IMG/VR virus record: IMGVR_UViG_3300037706_000026 | Location: 1-29,202 of that record | Strand: one strand, 5' to 3' | Length of the DNA stretch: 29,202 nucleotides | Source of the DNA: a virus | Taxonomy: Duplodnaviria; Caudoviricetes | In this document: positions 1 through 8,367 of the stretch, one piece after another | Layout: each line of letters starts with the position of its first letter | How positions within the stretch are numbered: position 1 is the first letter of the stretch | Notes under the pieces: model-generated | What the model was told of the DNA's origin: nothing | What the model saw: only the letters and a program-made list of their open reading frames with translations | The model's database searches: none | Made by a program: the position numbers and the translations under genes

Positions 1-1
1 A

Positions 2-298
2 GTCATCGCGCAACTACGGCAGGTCCAGCATCTGTCTGTCACGATGGTGCGCGACGCATTCGTTGAGGCAGCTTCGAACCAGTCCCTGCACACTCCGATG
101 CACCTGGCGTCAGCGGCGTTCGACGCGGCGAGCCGTGTGGAGTCTGCTGCTGCGGCCGCCGTTCGGCGGGAGCACAACAATCAGGCCCTCCGGGCGGAGA
201 TCGCTGAGGACCGCAGGCATCGCGCCGACCCGGATACCCGGAAAGCGCGGGCAGCGGAGGCCCGGGAGCTGATGAACGCGCGCAAACGTGCCGGGTAG
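2..298 (+). CDS. 5'-truncated hypothetical phage protein (possibly C-terminus of a replication protein)
   Basis: Frame is open from the window edge (VIAQLRQVQH...) to TAG at 298; Ala/Arg-rich helical sequence; function is a guess. Confidence 0.55.
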   Translation, partial: VIAQLRQVQHLSVTMVRDAFVEAASNQSLHTPMHLASAAFDAASRVESAAAAAVRREHNNQALRAEIAEDRRHRADPDTRKARAAEARELMNARKRAG

Positions 299-308
299 GG
301 CTGGCGCG

Positions 309-348
309 CAGGGGTTGTGCAGGGGATTCCCCCACCACAACTCTCCTG
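309..348 (+). terminator. imperfect hairpin, possible terminator
   Basis: GTTGTG/CACAAC and GGGGA/TCCCC arms directly after the stop at 298; no U-tract. Confidence 0.3.
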
Positions 349-407
349 GGCCGTCAGATCGCGTTTCCCACTACCGCAATGTGGTTGACATGCGCGATAC
401 TAGAGAC

Positions 408-767
408 ATGAGCCAGCACGCACACGTCCGCGCAATCAACCTCCTCGAAGACACCGGCCTCGACCCTGACGACGCCCGGTACGTCATGAAGCGTCTCTAC
501 GACATGGGGTTCGTGCACCAGGATCCCCACGCACGGGACCGGGGTGCCGACCCTCCGGCCACCCATCATCCCCGCAAGGCTGCCCGCGCCCAGACGCGTG
601 CCGCTCTCATCGACCAGATGAAGGCGGAGACGGCACAGGCACGCGCGGAGCTGGCGGCGCAGCGTGACGCCGCGATCGAGGCGGAGCGGGTCCGGGAAGC
701 TGAGGAGAAGGCGGCCCGGGAGCGTCACCTCGCCGTCCAGGCTGTTCTAGCGGGTCTCCCCGGGTAA
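408..767 (+). CDS. hypothetical protein with C-terminal coiled coil
   Basis: ATG at 408 (MSQHAHVRAINLL...) preferred over the track start at 288, which overlaps the upstream gene and hairpin. Confidence 0.65.
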   Translation: MSQHAHVRAINLLEDTGLDPDDARYVMKRLYDMGFVHQDPHARDRGADPPATHHPRKAARAQTRAALIDQMKAETAQARAELAAQRDAAIEAERVREAEEKAARERHLAVQAVLAGLPG

Positions 768-837
768 CCCTTCATAGGTGCCCGGGGGACCCGCACCCCC
801 CAACCATCCGAGTAAAACATTTGAGAGGACACACCAC

Positions 838-1122
838 ATGGTCATGTCACCCAGCTTCGAGTGCAGCCTGGACGGGCTCGCGTCTGCCGTACGCCTGCGA
901 TACACCGTGTGGGGTGTGGCGGATCCTGTCGCGAAGACCGCCGTGTACATGGACGGCTACCGGATCTCGGAGTCTGGCTGGGAGGATCCGGAGGTGATTC
1001 GCGCGAGGATTGAGCTGATCATCGGCGACATCGAGCGGCACACCGCCTGGAAGGACATCGAGGCGAACGTCGATCGGATCAATGTTGCGTCGGTTTCTGA
1101 GTACCTGACCAGGTCCCACTAG
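838..1122 (+). CDS. hypothetical phage protein
   Basis: GAGAGG SD-like sequence upstream of ATG 838; globular-looking 94 aa. Confidence 0.65.
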   Translation: MVMSPSFECSLDGLASAVRLRYTVWGVADPVAKTAVYMDGYRISESGWEDPEVIRARIELIIGDIERHTAWKDIEANVDRINVASVSEYLTRSH

Positions 1123-1151
1123 TTGACAGTGCCGATTCCGAGAGGTATCGT
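1123..1151 (+). promoter_or_regulatory. sigma-A type promoter, probably leaderless
   Basis: TTGACA (1123-1128), 17 nt, TATCGT (1146-1151), 7 nt, ATG 1159. Confidence 0.75.
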
Positions 1152-1158
1152 TGATCCC

Positions 1159-1308
1159 ATGAACACACCACACAGCACCACCCAGAAGCCCGCCCAGCGG
1201 CCCCAGATGTGCCCCATGCACTGCGGGAACCCCGCCCACGTCTGCAAGGCACGCGGACGCTGCGTCTACGTCGTGACGGACCTCCGCACGCAGGGCGAGG
1301 CACGATGA
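1159..1308 (+). CDS. small Cys/His-rich protein (49 aa)
   Basis: Starts right after the promoter; CPMHC...HVC...C; ATGA overlap with the next gene. Confidence 0.55.
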   Translation: MNTPHSTTQKPAQRPQMCPMHCGNPAHVCKARGRCVYVVTDLRTQGEAR

Positions 1309-1676
1309 GCGGCCGATACGCGGGCAACATGCGCGTCATCTGCCCCGCCGAAGGGTGCACCGAGATCACGTTCTACGCCGTCTCCACCCTCGCCGACCGG
1401 AGGCGGATCGCAGCCGACCAGAAACGTCGGCCGTGGAAGTGCTCGCGTCACCGCAACCCTGAGCAGCTCCTCACCCCCACCAACACCGAGCTGACCCACG
1501 TCCTGATCGCCGACCGGTCCAAGAAGTTCAATCTCCCGGACAGCCTGTTCTGGCGCGAGTGGGGCGCCGACGACGTCGGATCCGGCTACATGTTCGGGCC
1601 GGGGTTCTCCGCACACGCCGACGACTTCCCGGAAGGGGCACGGATCGTGATCACGGTCAGTGTCGAGCTGCCATGA
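1305..1676 (+). CDS. hypothetical protein with putative Zn-binding motif
   Basis: ATGA coupling at both ends; CPAEGC...WKCSRH. Confidence 0.7.
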   Translation: MSGRYAGNMRVICPAEGCTEITFYAVSTLADRRRIAADQKRRPWKCSRHRNPEQLLTPTNTELTHVLIADRSKKFNLPDSLFWREWGADDVGSGYMFGPGFSAHADDFPEGARIVITVSVELP

Positions 1677-1795
1677 CCACGGAACAGTCCCCCGGGCAAA
1701 TGTCCCAGACGTTCGGCAGGCCCCACCCTGTCCGTCCCGGTGCCTGCCCAGTCTGCGGGGCATACCCGGCCTGCGAGAAGCCGAAGGGGAAGTGA
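1673..1795 (+). CDS. small hypothetical protein (CPVCG)
   Basis: ATGA overlap upstream and TGATG overlap downstream; 40 aa. Confidence 0.5.
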   Translation: MTTEQSPGQMSQTFGRPHPVRPGACPVCGAYPACEKPKGK

Positions 1796-1941
1796 TGAGA
1801 GTCCCGATCTCCCGCACCGAGAACGACCCCGCCACGTTCCTGGCGCTCCTCCGCGAGCTGGAGAGGCAGCCCTACCGAGACAGCAAGGGCCGCTTCAAGC
1901 CCAGCGAGCCGAAACCCGACGATGGCGAAGGTCGAGCCTAG
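1795..1941 (+). CDS. small hypothetical protein with RDSKGRF motif
   Basis: TGATG coupling; GAGGGG SD-like sequence; 48 aa. Confidence 0.5.
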   Translation: MRVPISRTENDPATFLALLRELERQPYRDSKGRFKPSEPKPDDGEGRA

Positions 1942-2164
1942 GTATTGGGTGTACGCCGGGGACCTCGCGCTTCTGACGTTCAAGTCCGGCGATTCGATCC
2001 TGGGGATGTTCACCGTCCCCCCGGGCACGACACCCGGATGGGTCCTCGCGGACGGCGTACGGATCCCGACCCGGCCGCGCACCCTCGACACCATCACCTT
2101 CGTCTACACCACCAGCGAACACACCACGGAAGATGAGGACCATGACCGAGACACCGAAGCCTGA
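1922..2164 (+). CDS. hypothetical protein
   Basis: 80 aa ORF filling the gap in the coupled gene chain. Confidence 0.55.
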   Translation: MAKVEPRYWVYAGDLALLTFKSGDSILGMFTVPPGTTPGWVLADGVRIPTRPRTLDTITFVYTTSEHTTEDEDHDRDTEA

Positions 2165-2993
2165 CGACGAGGCCACCGAAGGCACTTACCTCGTCTGGCA
2201 GAACCTTGCCGCGCCATTCCCTCCTGAGGATGTCGAGCACCTGCCGAAGCAGCTCTCCCGCGACGACAAGGTCAAGGGCCGCTGCGAGTTCCCCAACCGG
2301 GGCGTGTGCGCCGACGACAAGCCCTGTGGCGGCTGGCACGCAAAGTCCATCCACCTCGCCTACATCGGCCACGCCGGGATCACGACCCGCCTCAACGAGG
2401 TCGTCGGCCCGGAGAACTGGACCCTGGAACCGTACGCACACGACCAGTACGGACTACCGCTGATGGGACACCAGTTCTGGGTCAAGCTGACCGTGCTGGG
2501 CGTCACGAAGATGGAGATCGCCGACAACTACAAGAATGCCCAGGAGGCCCTGGGCGATGGTCTGCGTCGGGCCGCGATGCGGTTTGGGATCGGGACCTAC
2601 CTGTGGTCGAAGTCGGAGCGAGCCGGGGCGCTGGCCGAGTTCCGCCCGGACGCTGAACCTGAGCAGCCCCAGCAGCAGCCGTACCCGGACCCTCCGCAGC
2701 AGCAGGGCAGCAGCAACCTGGACGACGTCCCGATGACGGAGAAGACCCGGGGTCTCATGTTCAAGCTGTTCGCCCAGAAGGGGATCAGCGAGGAGGAGCA
2801 GCTCCCTGGCATCAACTACATCACGGGTTCGGCGTACGACTCGCGCGGGAAAGTCACTGAGGGTGATGCATTGCGGGTCATCGACGTGTTGAAGCGGAAG
2901 CCCGACGCGGCTCCCGCCGACGACAGCCACACCAACCCCGCCGACTCCGACTATGCGGGCGTCGAGGAACCCCGCAACGCGGAGGGGTCCTGA
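2142..2993 (+). CDS. Rad52/Sak-like single-strand annealing protein
   Basis: LAAPFPPEDVE, LAYIGHAGITTRLNEV, ALGDGLRRAAMRFGIGTYLW match Rad52_Rad22/DdrA-like motifs; GAGGA SD before ATG 2142 (alternative start 2133). Confidence 0.75.
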   Translation: MTETPKPDDEATEGTYLVWQNLAAPFPPEDVEHLPKQLSRDDKVKGRCEFPNRGVCADDKPCGGWHAKSIHLAYIGHAGITTRLNEVVGPENWTLEPYAHDQYGLPLMGHQFWVKLTVLGVTKMEIADNYKNAQEALGDGLRRAAMRFGIGTYLWSKSERAGALAEFRPDAEPEQPQQQPYPDPPQQQGSSNLDDVPMTEKTRGLMFKLFAQKGISEEEQLPGINYITGSAYDSRGKVTEGDALRVIDVLKRKPDAAPADDSHTNPADSDYAGVEEPRNAEGS

Positions 2994-2994
2994 C

Positions 2995-3372
2995 GTGGCG
3001 ACCCGCACCATGCGTTCCGCGAAGGCGGCAGGCACCGCGATGGAAACCCTGGTGGCCCGCTACCTCAATGTCCACGTCGATGACCGGATCGAACGCCGTA
3101 CCCGCAACGGCGGCAAAGACCGGGGCGACATCGGCGGCGTGCGCCACATGGCGAAGCGCCTCGTGTTCGAGGTGAAGAACACTGCCCGGATCAACCTCGC
3201 CGGATGGGCCACAGAGGCAGAGGTGGAGCGGGGCAACGATGACGCCCTCGCGGGTCTGATCGTCCACAAGCGCCACGGCAACGCGAAGCCTGAGGATCAG
3301 TGGGTGACGATGACGCTCGGTGAGCTGGTGGCCCTCCTCAACGGGAACCGGGACCACTACGACGAGCCGTAA
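2995..3372 (+). CDS. Holliday junction resolvase (PD-(D/E)XK type)
   Basis: SAKAAGTAME, DRGDI, FEVKN, EAEVERGN, LIVHKR motifs typical of actinophage resolvases; start GTG 2995 or ATG 3010. Confidence 0.8.
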   Translation: MATRTMRSAKAAGTAMETLVARYLNVHVDDRIERRTRNGGKDRGDIGGVRHMAKRLVFEVKNTARINLAGWATEAEVERGNDDALAGLIVHKRHGNAKPEDQWVTMTLGELVALLNGNRDHYDEP

Positions 3373-3378
3373 AACCAC

Positions 3379-3408
3379 CGCCGCCCGGGACCTGAGTCCC
3401 GGGCGGCG
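3379..3408 (+). terminator. intrinsic terminator-like hairpin
   Basis: CGCCGCCCGGGAC-ctga-GTCCCGGGCGGCG, 13-bp perfect stem just after the stop. Confidence 0.7.
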
Positions 3409-3482
3409 AACCTGCGGCCATCCATCCCATGAACACACCACGTGTCTGAAGTAGATCAACCAGCAAGACAAGGATACCCGAG

Positions 3483-4079
3483 ATGCAGCTAGACCACGAC
3501 CCCGCCAGTCACCCCATCGAACAACGACGAGCCAAGATGCAGCGGTGGCACCAGTGGCGTAAACAATGGCGAGCCCAGCACGGTGACGAACCGATCAGGG
3601 TTGAGGCATGGCGCCTACGACGACGCGTCGAAGCTCTCCAAGCCCTCGGGTGGTCACGTGCTGTGATCGCCAGGCATGCAGGCATCGCCCAGCAGTCCCT
3701 GAACGAGACACTGATTTCGTCCACCTGGATCCCCAGGGGCAGGTTCAACACCCTGGACCGGGTCTATGACGAGCTGTCCATGCGTATCCCCTCGACCGAT
3801 ACCCCTTCTGCACGGATGTCGGTGGCTAAGACTCTCGCGTTCGCCAGACGCAACGGGTACGTTCCGCCGCTGGCCTGGGATGACATCGATGATGTAGCAG
3901 AGGTGCCGTGTGTCGGTTCGGAGTTCCGCAGGTCGCGGACCGAGCTGGTCGAGGAGTTCGAGTGGCTGATCCAGGGTGGCGTGTCGCGGCATGAGGCGCT
4001 CGTCCGTCTGGGGGTCGGCTGGGATGCGGTCGAGAAGGCTTATGCGGACGTGGCTCGTGGGTTGCGTGCGGTGTCGTGA
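3483..4079 (+). CDS. HTH DNA-binding protein
   Basis: RRRVEALQALGWSRAVIARHAGI HTH, PPLAWDDIDD motif and a second HTH-like C-terminus; AAGGA SD. Confidence 0.7.
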   Translation: MQLDHDPASHPIEQRRAKMQRWHQWRKQWRAQHGDEPIRVEAWRLRRRVEALQALGWSRAVIARHAGIAQQSLNETLISSTWIPRGRFNTLDRVYDELSMRIPSTDTPSARMSVAKTLAFARRNGYVPPLAWDDIDDVAEVPCVGSEFRRSRTELVEEFEWLIQGGVSRHEALVRLGVGWDAVEKAYADVARGLRAVS

Positions 4080-4088
4080 GAGACGGGT

Positions 4089-4123
4089 GTCCCCTCGTCG
4101 GGCATGGATGGCGACGAGGGGAC
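4089..4123 (+). terminator. terminator-like hairpin
   Basis: GTCCCCTCGTCG / CGACGAGGGGAC 12-bp stem between a stop codon and the next promoter. Confidence 0.65.
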
Positions 4124-4162
4124 GGGGGCAGGTTACCACCGTCCACCGACACCCTTAGGTAG

Positions 4163-4191
4163 TTGACAAGCCCGGTTCCGCATGGAATGAT
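4163..4191 (+). promoter_or_regulatory. sigma-A type promoter
   Basis: TTGACA, 17 nt, AATGAT (with TG extension); same layout as the promoters at 1123 and 25030. Confidence 0.65.
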
Positions 4192-4225
4192 TCATGTCAA
4201 CACACCACGCACGAAGGAGCCAACC

Positions 4226-4450
4226 ATGGTCACCATCACCGAAACCCGCGACAACCAGACCAGCAACCTCGTCATCGTCGGCACCACCGAAGACGCAGAG
4301 ACGTTCCTCGACGGGCTCGCAGGCCGCTACTGGGGCGTCCCCGGATTCAAGGCGAAGCGTGACGGCAACGAGCTGGTCATCTCCGCCAACGTCATCGGCG
4401 AAGGCTGGCGCATCTCCAGCACCTACCGCGCCGTCCCTGACGCTGCCTGA
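4226..4450 (+). CDS. hypothetical protein (74 aa)
   Basis: AAGGAG SD before ATG 4226. Confidence 0.75.
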   Translation: MVTITETRDNQTSNLVIVGTTEDAETFLDGLAGRYWGVPGFKAKRDGNELVISANVIGEGWRISSTYRAVPDAA

Positions 4451-4485
4451 CCACTCACCTCCACCACTACTCCTGAAGGAGCACC

Positions 4486-4788
4486 ATGACCACCGACAAC
4501 GCCCCAGGCGCGAACCCCATGCACACCGGGGAACGCCGCCGCTTCGACGTCCCCTCCACCTGGATCGCCGAAAAGACCGGGTACAACCGACAAGGCATCT
4601 ACCGGATGCGGCTGAAGGGGAACCGCGACAAGGGGCCGATGCCGATGGAGCGGATGACCCGCATGGAGAAGGCGTTCGGCTGGCCCCAGGCCGACCAGTA
4701 CGCAGCCCTGACCAAGGGCCGCTGGATCGAGGAGTTCGAGAAGGTCGTGTCCGTCGCGTACGCCGCTGAGCAGAAGCGGGGCCAGTGA
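4486..4788 (+). CDS. putative HTH DNA-binding protein
   Basis: AAGGAG SD; STWIAEKTGYNRQGIYRMR resembles an XRE/Cro-type HTH. Confidence 0.65.
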   Translation: MTTDNAPGANPMHTGERRRFDVPSTWIAEKTGYNRQGIYRMRLKGNRDKGPMPMERMTRMEKAFGWPQADQYAALTKGRWIEEFEKVVSVAYAAEQKRGQ

Positions 4789-4931
4789 TGGCCACCGACA
4801 CCGAGCCCGTGTGGGTCAAGCGCCTCGGGAACGTTCTCGCGGTCGTTATCCTCGTCGCCGCGATCGCCGTGGTCGGATGCGGGATCGCCTTCGTGATCGC
4901 GTTCACCGCCAACGCGATCGGAGGCATGTGA
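4788..4931 (+). CDS. small single-pass membrane protein (47 aa, absent from the ORF track)
   Basis: MATDTEPVWVKRLGNVLAVVILVAAIAVVGCGIAFVIAFTANAIGGM; TGATG overlaps on both sides. Confidence 0.7.
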   Translation: MATDTEPVWVKRLGNVLAVVILVAAIAVVGCGIAFVIAFTANAIGGM

Positions 4932-5167
4932 TGGACGTCAACGCGATGGACGGGACGTACGTCGACTACGTGGAGAACGCGCCTGCGCTCGGGAAGGAAC
5001 CCAACGCCCTCGCAGACCACACCGACACCGAGCCCTCCCCAGATATTGTCCCCTCCGCACTGGAAGACCGCGTAGGAGCTGTCATCAAAGAGATGATCGA
5101 TGCCGGGAACTACTTCTGGGCCGGACGGGTCGCCGATGCCCTCGCCGACAACCCCAAGAAGGACTGA
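4931..5167 (+). CDS. hypothetical acidic protein
   Basis: TGATG coupling, GGAGG SD; starts MDVNAMDG. Confidence 0.6.
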   Translation: MDVNAMDGTYVDYVENAPALGKEPNALADHTDTEPSPDIVPSALEDRVGAVIKEMIDAGNYFWAGRVADALADNPKKD

Positions 5168-5169
5168 CC

Positions 5170-5787
5170 ATGACCGAACACACCACACCCCAAAACACTG
5201 ACCCCGTCGCGATGATCGACCGGGTGGGCCGCACGTGGGGTCGAGACTTGATCGGCGGTATCGACGGCTCCGTGGGTCTCTGCTTCCGTCATCCTGACGT
5301 TGCACAGGCACACCCCCTGGAAGAACTGCGGGAACGATACGGTCCGCTCAGCGAGGTCTACGCCCACCCACCCGTCACCGCCGAGCCTGCGCCGAGCGCC
5401 TGTGGCTTCAACGCGTGCCCCGTCCACGGAGGGGCCGCCGAACCTGTCCCCGCGTGCTCCGACTGGCCGGGTGCCTGCCAGCACACGCCCGCCCACGACA
5501 ACGGCAAGCTCACGCCCGAATACGCCGAGTCTGCCCCACCGCGCCTCGACATGTACGAACCCGAGGACGGGGTCGCCGAGATCGACGGCGTGCTCTGGGT
5601 CCCCTCCAAAGACCTCGACGCCATGCGCGAGGAGGAGGAGGCGGCCGCCGCTGCACAGCAGACCCGCCTCGAAGCGCTCCGCCGATCCCACGAGTTCATC
5701 GCCGTGCACGAGCCTGAGGCAGCCGTGTCGGCGAAGCTGCTGCTTTCCTCCGTGCGCTGGGTCCTGACGGGGCAAGTCGATGAGTGA
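5170..5787 (+). CDS. hypothetical protein
   Basis: AAGGA SD; 205 aa with a central Cys/His cluster. Confidence 0.65.
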   Translation: MTEHTTPQNTDPVAMIDRVGRTWGRDLIGGIDGSVGLCFRHPDVAQAHPLEELRERYGPLSEVYAHPPVTAEPAPSACGFNACPVHGGAAEPVPACSDWPGACQHTPAHDNGKLTPEYAESAPPRLDMYEPEDGVAEIDGVLWVPSKDLDAMREEEEAAAAAQQTRLEALRRSHEFIAVHEPEAAVSAKLLLSSVRWVLTGQVDE

Positions 5788-6250
5788 GACCTACCGTCCC
5801 GGGGACATCGCGATGGTCAAGCCCGACGACAGGAGCGACGCGCAGCCAGCCATCCACATCGTGCGGCCCGATGGTGCCACGTTCTGGATGTGGCTGGACT
5901 ACGGGTTCACCTACCTGCCGCACGAGGTCGGACCGGTACTGGGGAACGTCGCCGACATCGCGGACGGAACAGCCACCGATCTCGGTTGGCAGGCCGCCCA
6001 TGCCGCACTCGCCCAGATCAGGCAGCTTGAACGCTGGAAGAAGGAGGCGATGCCGGTCATGGACGGACTCCAAGAACTCGGCAAAGCCCTCCACATCCCC
6101 CTCGGGGAACGCATCACCGGCCCCGCCGCGCTCGAAGCCGTACAGCAGCTCCAGAGTGCAGCACAGGCCGTCATCGACAACTACGACAACAGCGCCCCCG
6201 ACTGGTGGCCCCAAACCATCGAAGACCTGAGAGAGGTACTGAACCGATGA
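5780..6250 (+). CDS. hypothetical protein
   Basis: 8-nt overlap with the previous gene; 156 aa with a helical C-terminus. Confidence 0.7.
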   Translation: MSETYRPGDIAMVKPDDRSDAQPAIHIVRPDGATFWMWLDYGFTYLPHEVGPVLGNVADIADGTATDLGWQAAHAALAQIRQLERWKKEAMPVMDGLQELGKALHIPLGERITGPAALEAVQQLQSAAQAVIDNYDNSAPDWWPQTIEDLREVLNR

Positions 6251-6879
6251 GCACCACCTTCACGATCGGCACCCACAACACCAACCACGGAGCAGCCGTC
6301 TTCCGGCCCTTCGCCGACCTCATCGGCTGGCAAGAAGTCGACGGCCCCAGCGCCTCCCGCCGCCTCCACCGCACCATGAAAGCGGCAGGCTGGGGCACCG
6401 CAGGACTCGCCCACGAATGCCCCATCAGCTTCCGCGACCGCGACTGGCACCTCCACGACTACGAGGTGGAGATGGTTCACAAGGGCCTCTCCGGGGTCTC
6501 GCCCGCCCGGTTCATCACCACGGTCGACATCGAGCACAAGAAGACCGGGATCCGTCCACTCCTGATCAACACCCACATGGTGTCCGGGGCGTTCAACGCC
6601 AACACCAACGAGAAGGCCGAGAAGTGGCGAGACGAGATGTGGGAACGCCACTACCAGATGCTTCAGGACATCTGCCGCGACAACGCGAGCAAGATCGTGC
6701 TTCTCGTCGGCGACCTGAACCGTCAGCGAGGGTTCTCCTTCCACGGGCTCGAACGCGCCGATCACGGCTCCGTCGACCACATCTGGGTGGACGCCACCGC
6801 CGACGTGGTCGAGCACGACCAGCTTTCCCGGTTCGGGTCTGACCACCCCGCCGAACGCGCGAAGGTCCGGGTCCCGTGA
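6247..6879 (+). CDS. endonuclease/exonuclease/phosphatase (EEP) family protein
   Basis: Motifs in canonical order: THN, LIGWQEV, INTHM, VGDLN, VDHIW, SDH; ATGA overlap start. Confidence 0.85.
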   Translation: MSTTFTIGTHNTNHGAAVFRPFADLIGWQEVDGPSASRRLHRTMKAAGWGTAGLAHECPISFRDRDWHLHDYEVEMVHKGLSGVSPARFITTVDIEHKKTGIRPLLINTHMVSGAFNANTNEKAEKWRDEMWERHYQMLQDICRDNASKIVLLVGDLNRQRGFSFHGLERADHGSVDHIWVDATADVVEHDQLSRFGSDHPAERAKVRVP

Positions 6880-7187
6880 CGAAGGCTCAGCTTCCCGCCG
6901 TCATCTGTGACCACGAGGCCGGGTGCGACCAATACTCCGAGGACTACGAAGCCCAGGGGGTGTCATCGGTCACGTTCTACGACCACACCGACGTCCCGAC
7001 GATCTTCCGACCCACCAAGACCGAGCCAACACCGGAGTGGACCCGGGTTGGTGACGAGGACTTCTGTCCCGAGCACCGGGACGACGCCATGAAGAAGCTC
7101 GATGAAGGGATCGACAAGTTGCACGGCCCAGGCGCAGCCGATGCCCTGAACCGGGCGATTGCCGATGGCAGTATCTTCGGCGACTGA
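6876..7187 (+). CDS. hypothetical protein with zinc-ribbon-like motif
   Basis: GTGA overlap; ICDHEAGC...EDFCPEH. Confidence 0.65.
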   Translation: MTKAQLPAVICDHEAGCDQYSEDYEAQGVSSVTFYDHTDVPTIFRPTKTEPTPEWTRVGDEDFCPEHRDDAMKKLDEGIDKLHGPGAADALNRAIADGSIFGD

Positions 7188-7201
7188 CCCGAGATAGACC
7201 G

Positions 7202-7246
7202 CAGCGGCGGCAGATGCCCACGAGGGGGGAGCATCTGCCGCCGCTG
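7202..7246. terminator. bidirectional terminator-like hairpin between convergent arms
   Basis: CAGCGGCGGCAGATGC / GCATCTGCCGCCGCTG 16-bp perfect stem, extendable by AGATAGA/TCTATCT. Confidence 0.8.
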
Positions 7247-7287
7247 TCTATCTGAAGGAGTCGACCAAACCCAGGTCCAGCGTACGC

Positions 7288-7998
7288 CTACGACGCCTCC
7301 GGGCCACGGAACCACTTGCCGATGCCGCGAGCCTTCAGCGACAACGGATCCGGGGTACTGGCGCGGCCCGACTTCTTGTCGGCTGGTAGCGACTCCTCGA
7401 ACCGCTTCCATGAGGCCAGGGTCTTCGGTCCCACGTAACCGTCGATCGGGACACCGAGTGCCCACTGCAGACGTGCGACGCCATGGAATCTCCGACGCTG
7501 TCCCTGGCGTGTGCCTGCAGCGATCTGGAACTGCTCCTGGATCGGGGCCAGGTCGGAGACAACGTCTTCGTTCCACCGCCACTTTGGCTGCTCCGGGTCG
7601 AGCCACCGTGACGTGTTGGTCCACTGCCTCTGGTCCTCCACCGCCGAGATGTGCACGTGCTTGGTGTGCGGGTTGGATCCCAGGTACTTCCGGGCCTTCC
7701 AGTCGTAGGTACGGGACCAGATGATTCCGTTGGAGATCACGTACCAGACGCGCGGGTCACGGATAGCGGCATTCACGACCTGCATCCGCAGGTCCCGGGT
7801 CGGGTCGTTGTCGTCCACGTCGATGTCAATCGCGCGGACCGCTCCACCGTGTGCATAGTCAGGGTTGTGCGAAGACGGACGCGCCGAATGACTGGCGTCA
7901 CCGATCCAACCATCGCTGGACTTGTCACGGTTCGGGTAGCGCTCGTTGATCTCGCTGCGCAGCTTCGCCAACGCAGGGATCAGGTAGTAGGAGGCCAT
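7288..7998 (-). CDS. endolysin (Zn-peptidase-like domain plus peptidoglycan-binding domain)
   Basis: SSHNPD, RAIDID and HTKHVHIS form LAS/M15-like H-D-HxH ligands; VARLQWALGVPIDGYVGPKT is a PG-binding motif; lies downstream of the holin. Confidence 0.8.
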   Translation of the reverse strand: MASYYLIPALAKLRSEINERYPNRDKSSDGWIGDASHSARPSSHNPDYAHGGAVRAIDIDVDDNDPTRDLRMQVVNAAIRDPRVWYVISNGIIWSRTYDWKARKYLGSNPHTKHVHISAVEDQRQWTNTSRWLDPEQPKWRWNEDVVSDLAPIQEQFQIAAGTRQGQRRRFHGVARLQWALGVPIDGYVGPKTLASWKRFEESLPADKKSGRASTPDPLSLKARGIGKWFRGPEAS

Positions 7999-8114
7999 CA
8001 GCCCTTGTCCTCCTCCGCGATCGTCGGGTCATCGACCTCTTCGCCTGCGAGGTCGTCAGGGTTGCCCTCCGACTCCGGCTCCGCCAGAGCGTAGAACTCG
8101 TCTTCGTCAGACAT
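7998..8114 (-). CDS. tiny acidic peptide (38 aa, absent from the ORF track)
   Basis: MSDEDEFYALAEPESEGNPDDLAGEEVDDPTIAEEDKG; GAAGGGAG SD; TGATG overlap with the endolysin. Confidence 0.6.
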   Translation of the reverse strand: MSDEDEFYALAEPESEGNPDDLAGEEVDDPTIAEEDKG

Positions 8115-8367
8115 CGACGTGCGCTCCCTTCGACCCGTTCGAGGTCACGTCAACGAACGACGCGGTCGGGGCGCCCCCGCCGAGGTTGACCAGCAACCCC
8201 TTGAGCAGGCTCGTCACGGTCGGGACACCGACCACCACCCACGTGTATTCCCACGTCAGATCGGTCAGGCTGGTCAGCCCGACCATCGTCAGCATGCCGC
8301 CGACCGCCGATGCTCCAGCGCGTTCGGTCAGGTCCGCAAAGTAGGCCCTGTTCCACTTCTCGCTCAT
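8107..8367 (-). CDS. holin (r1t-like)
   Basis: 86 aa, two hydrophobic segments, W...DLTERA N-terminus; adjacent to the endolysin. Confidence 0.75.
   Translation of the reverse strand: MSEKWNRAYFADLTERAGASAVGGMLTMVGLTSLTDLTWEYTWVVVGVPTVTSLLKGLLVNLGGGAPTASFVDVTSNGSKGAHVDV

Noticed and set aside
385-401. TTGACA at 385 as a fourth family promoter
   Set aside because: No -10 hexamer at 17-nt spacing (GATACT is only 5 nt away) and the TAG prefix is missing; a leaderless start at 408 remains possible.
829-5186. ACACACCAC copies as a CRISPR or mini-array
   Set aside because: Too short, irregularly spaced over kilobases and separated by genes; no cas genes.
4133-5311. 392-aa minus-strand ORF
   Set aside because: Antisense to a chain of + genes with clear SDs and overlaps; Arg/Ser/Gly-rich with no recognisable motifs.
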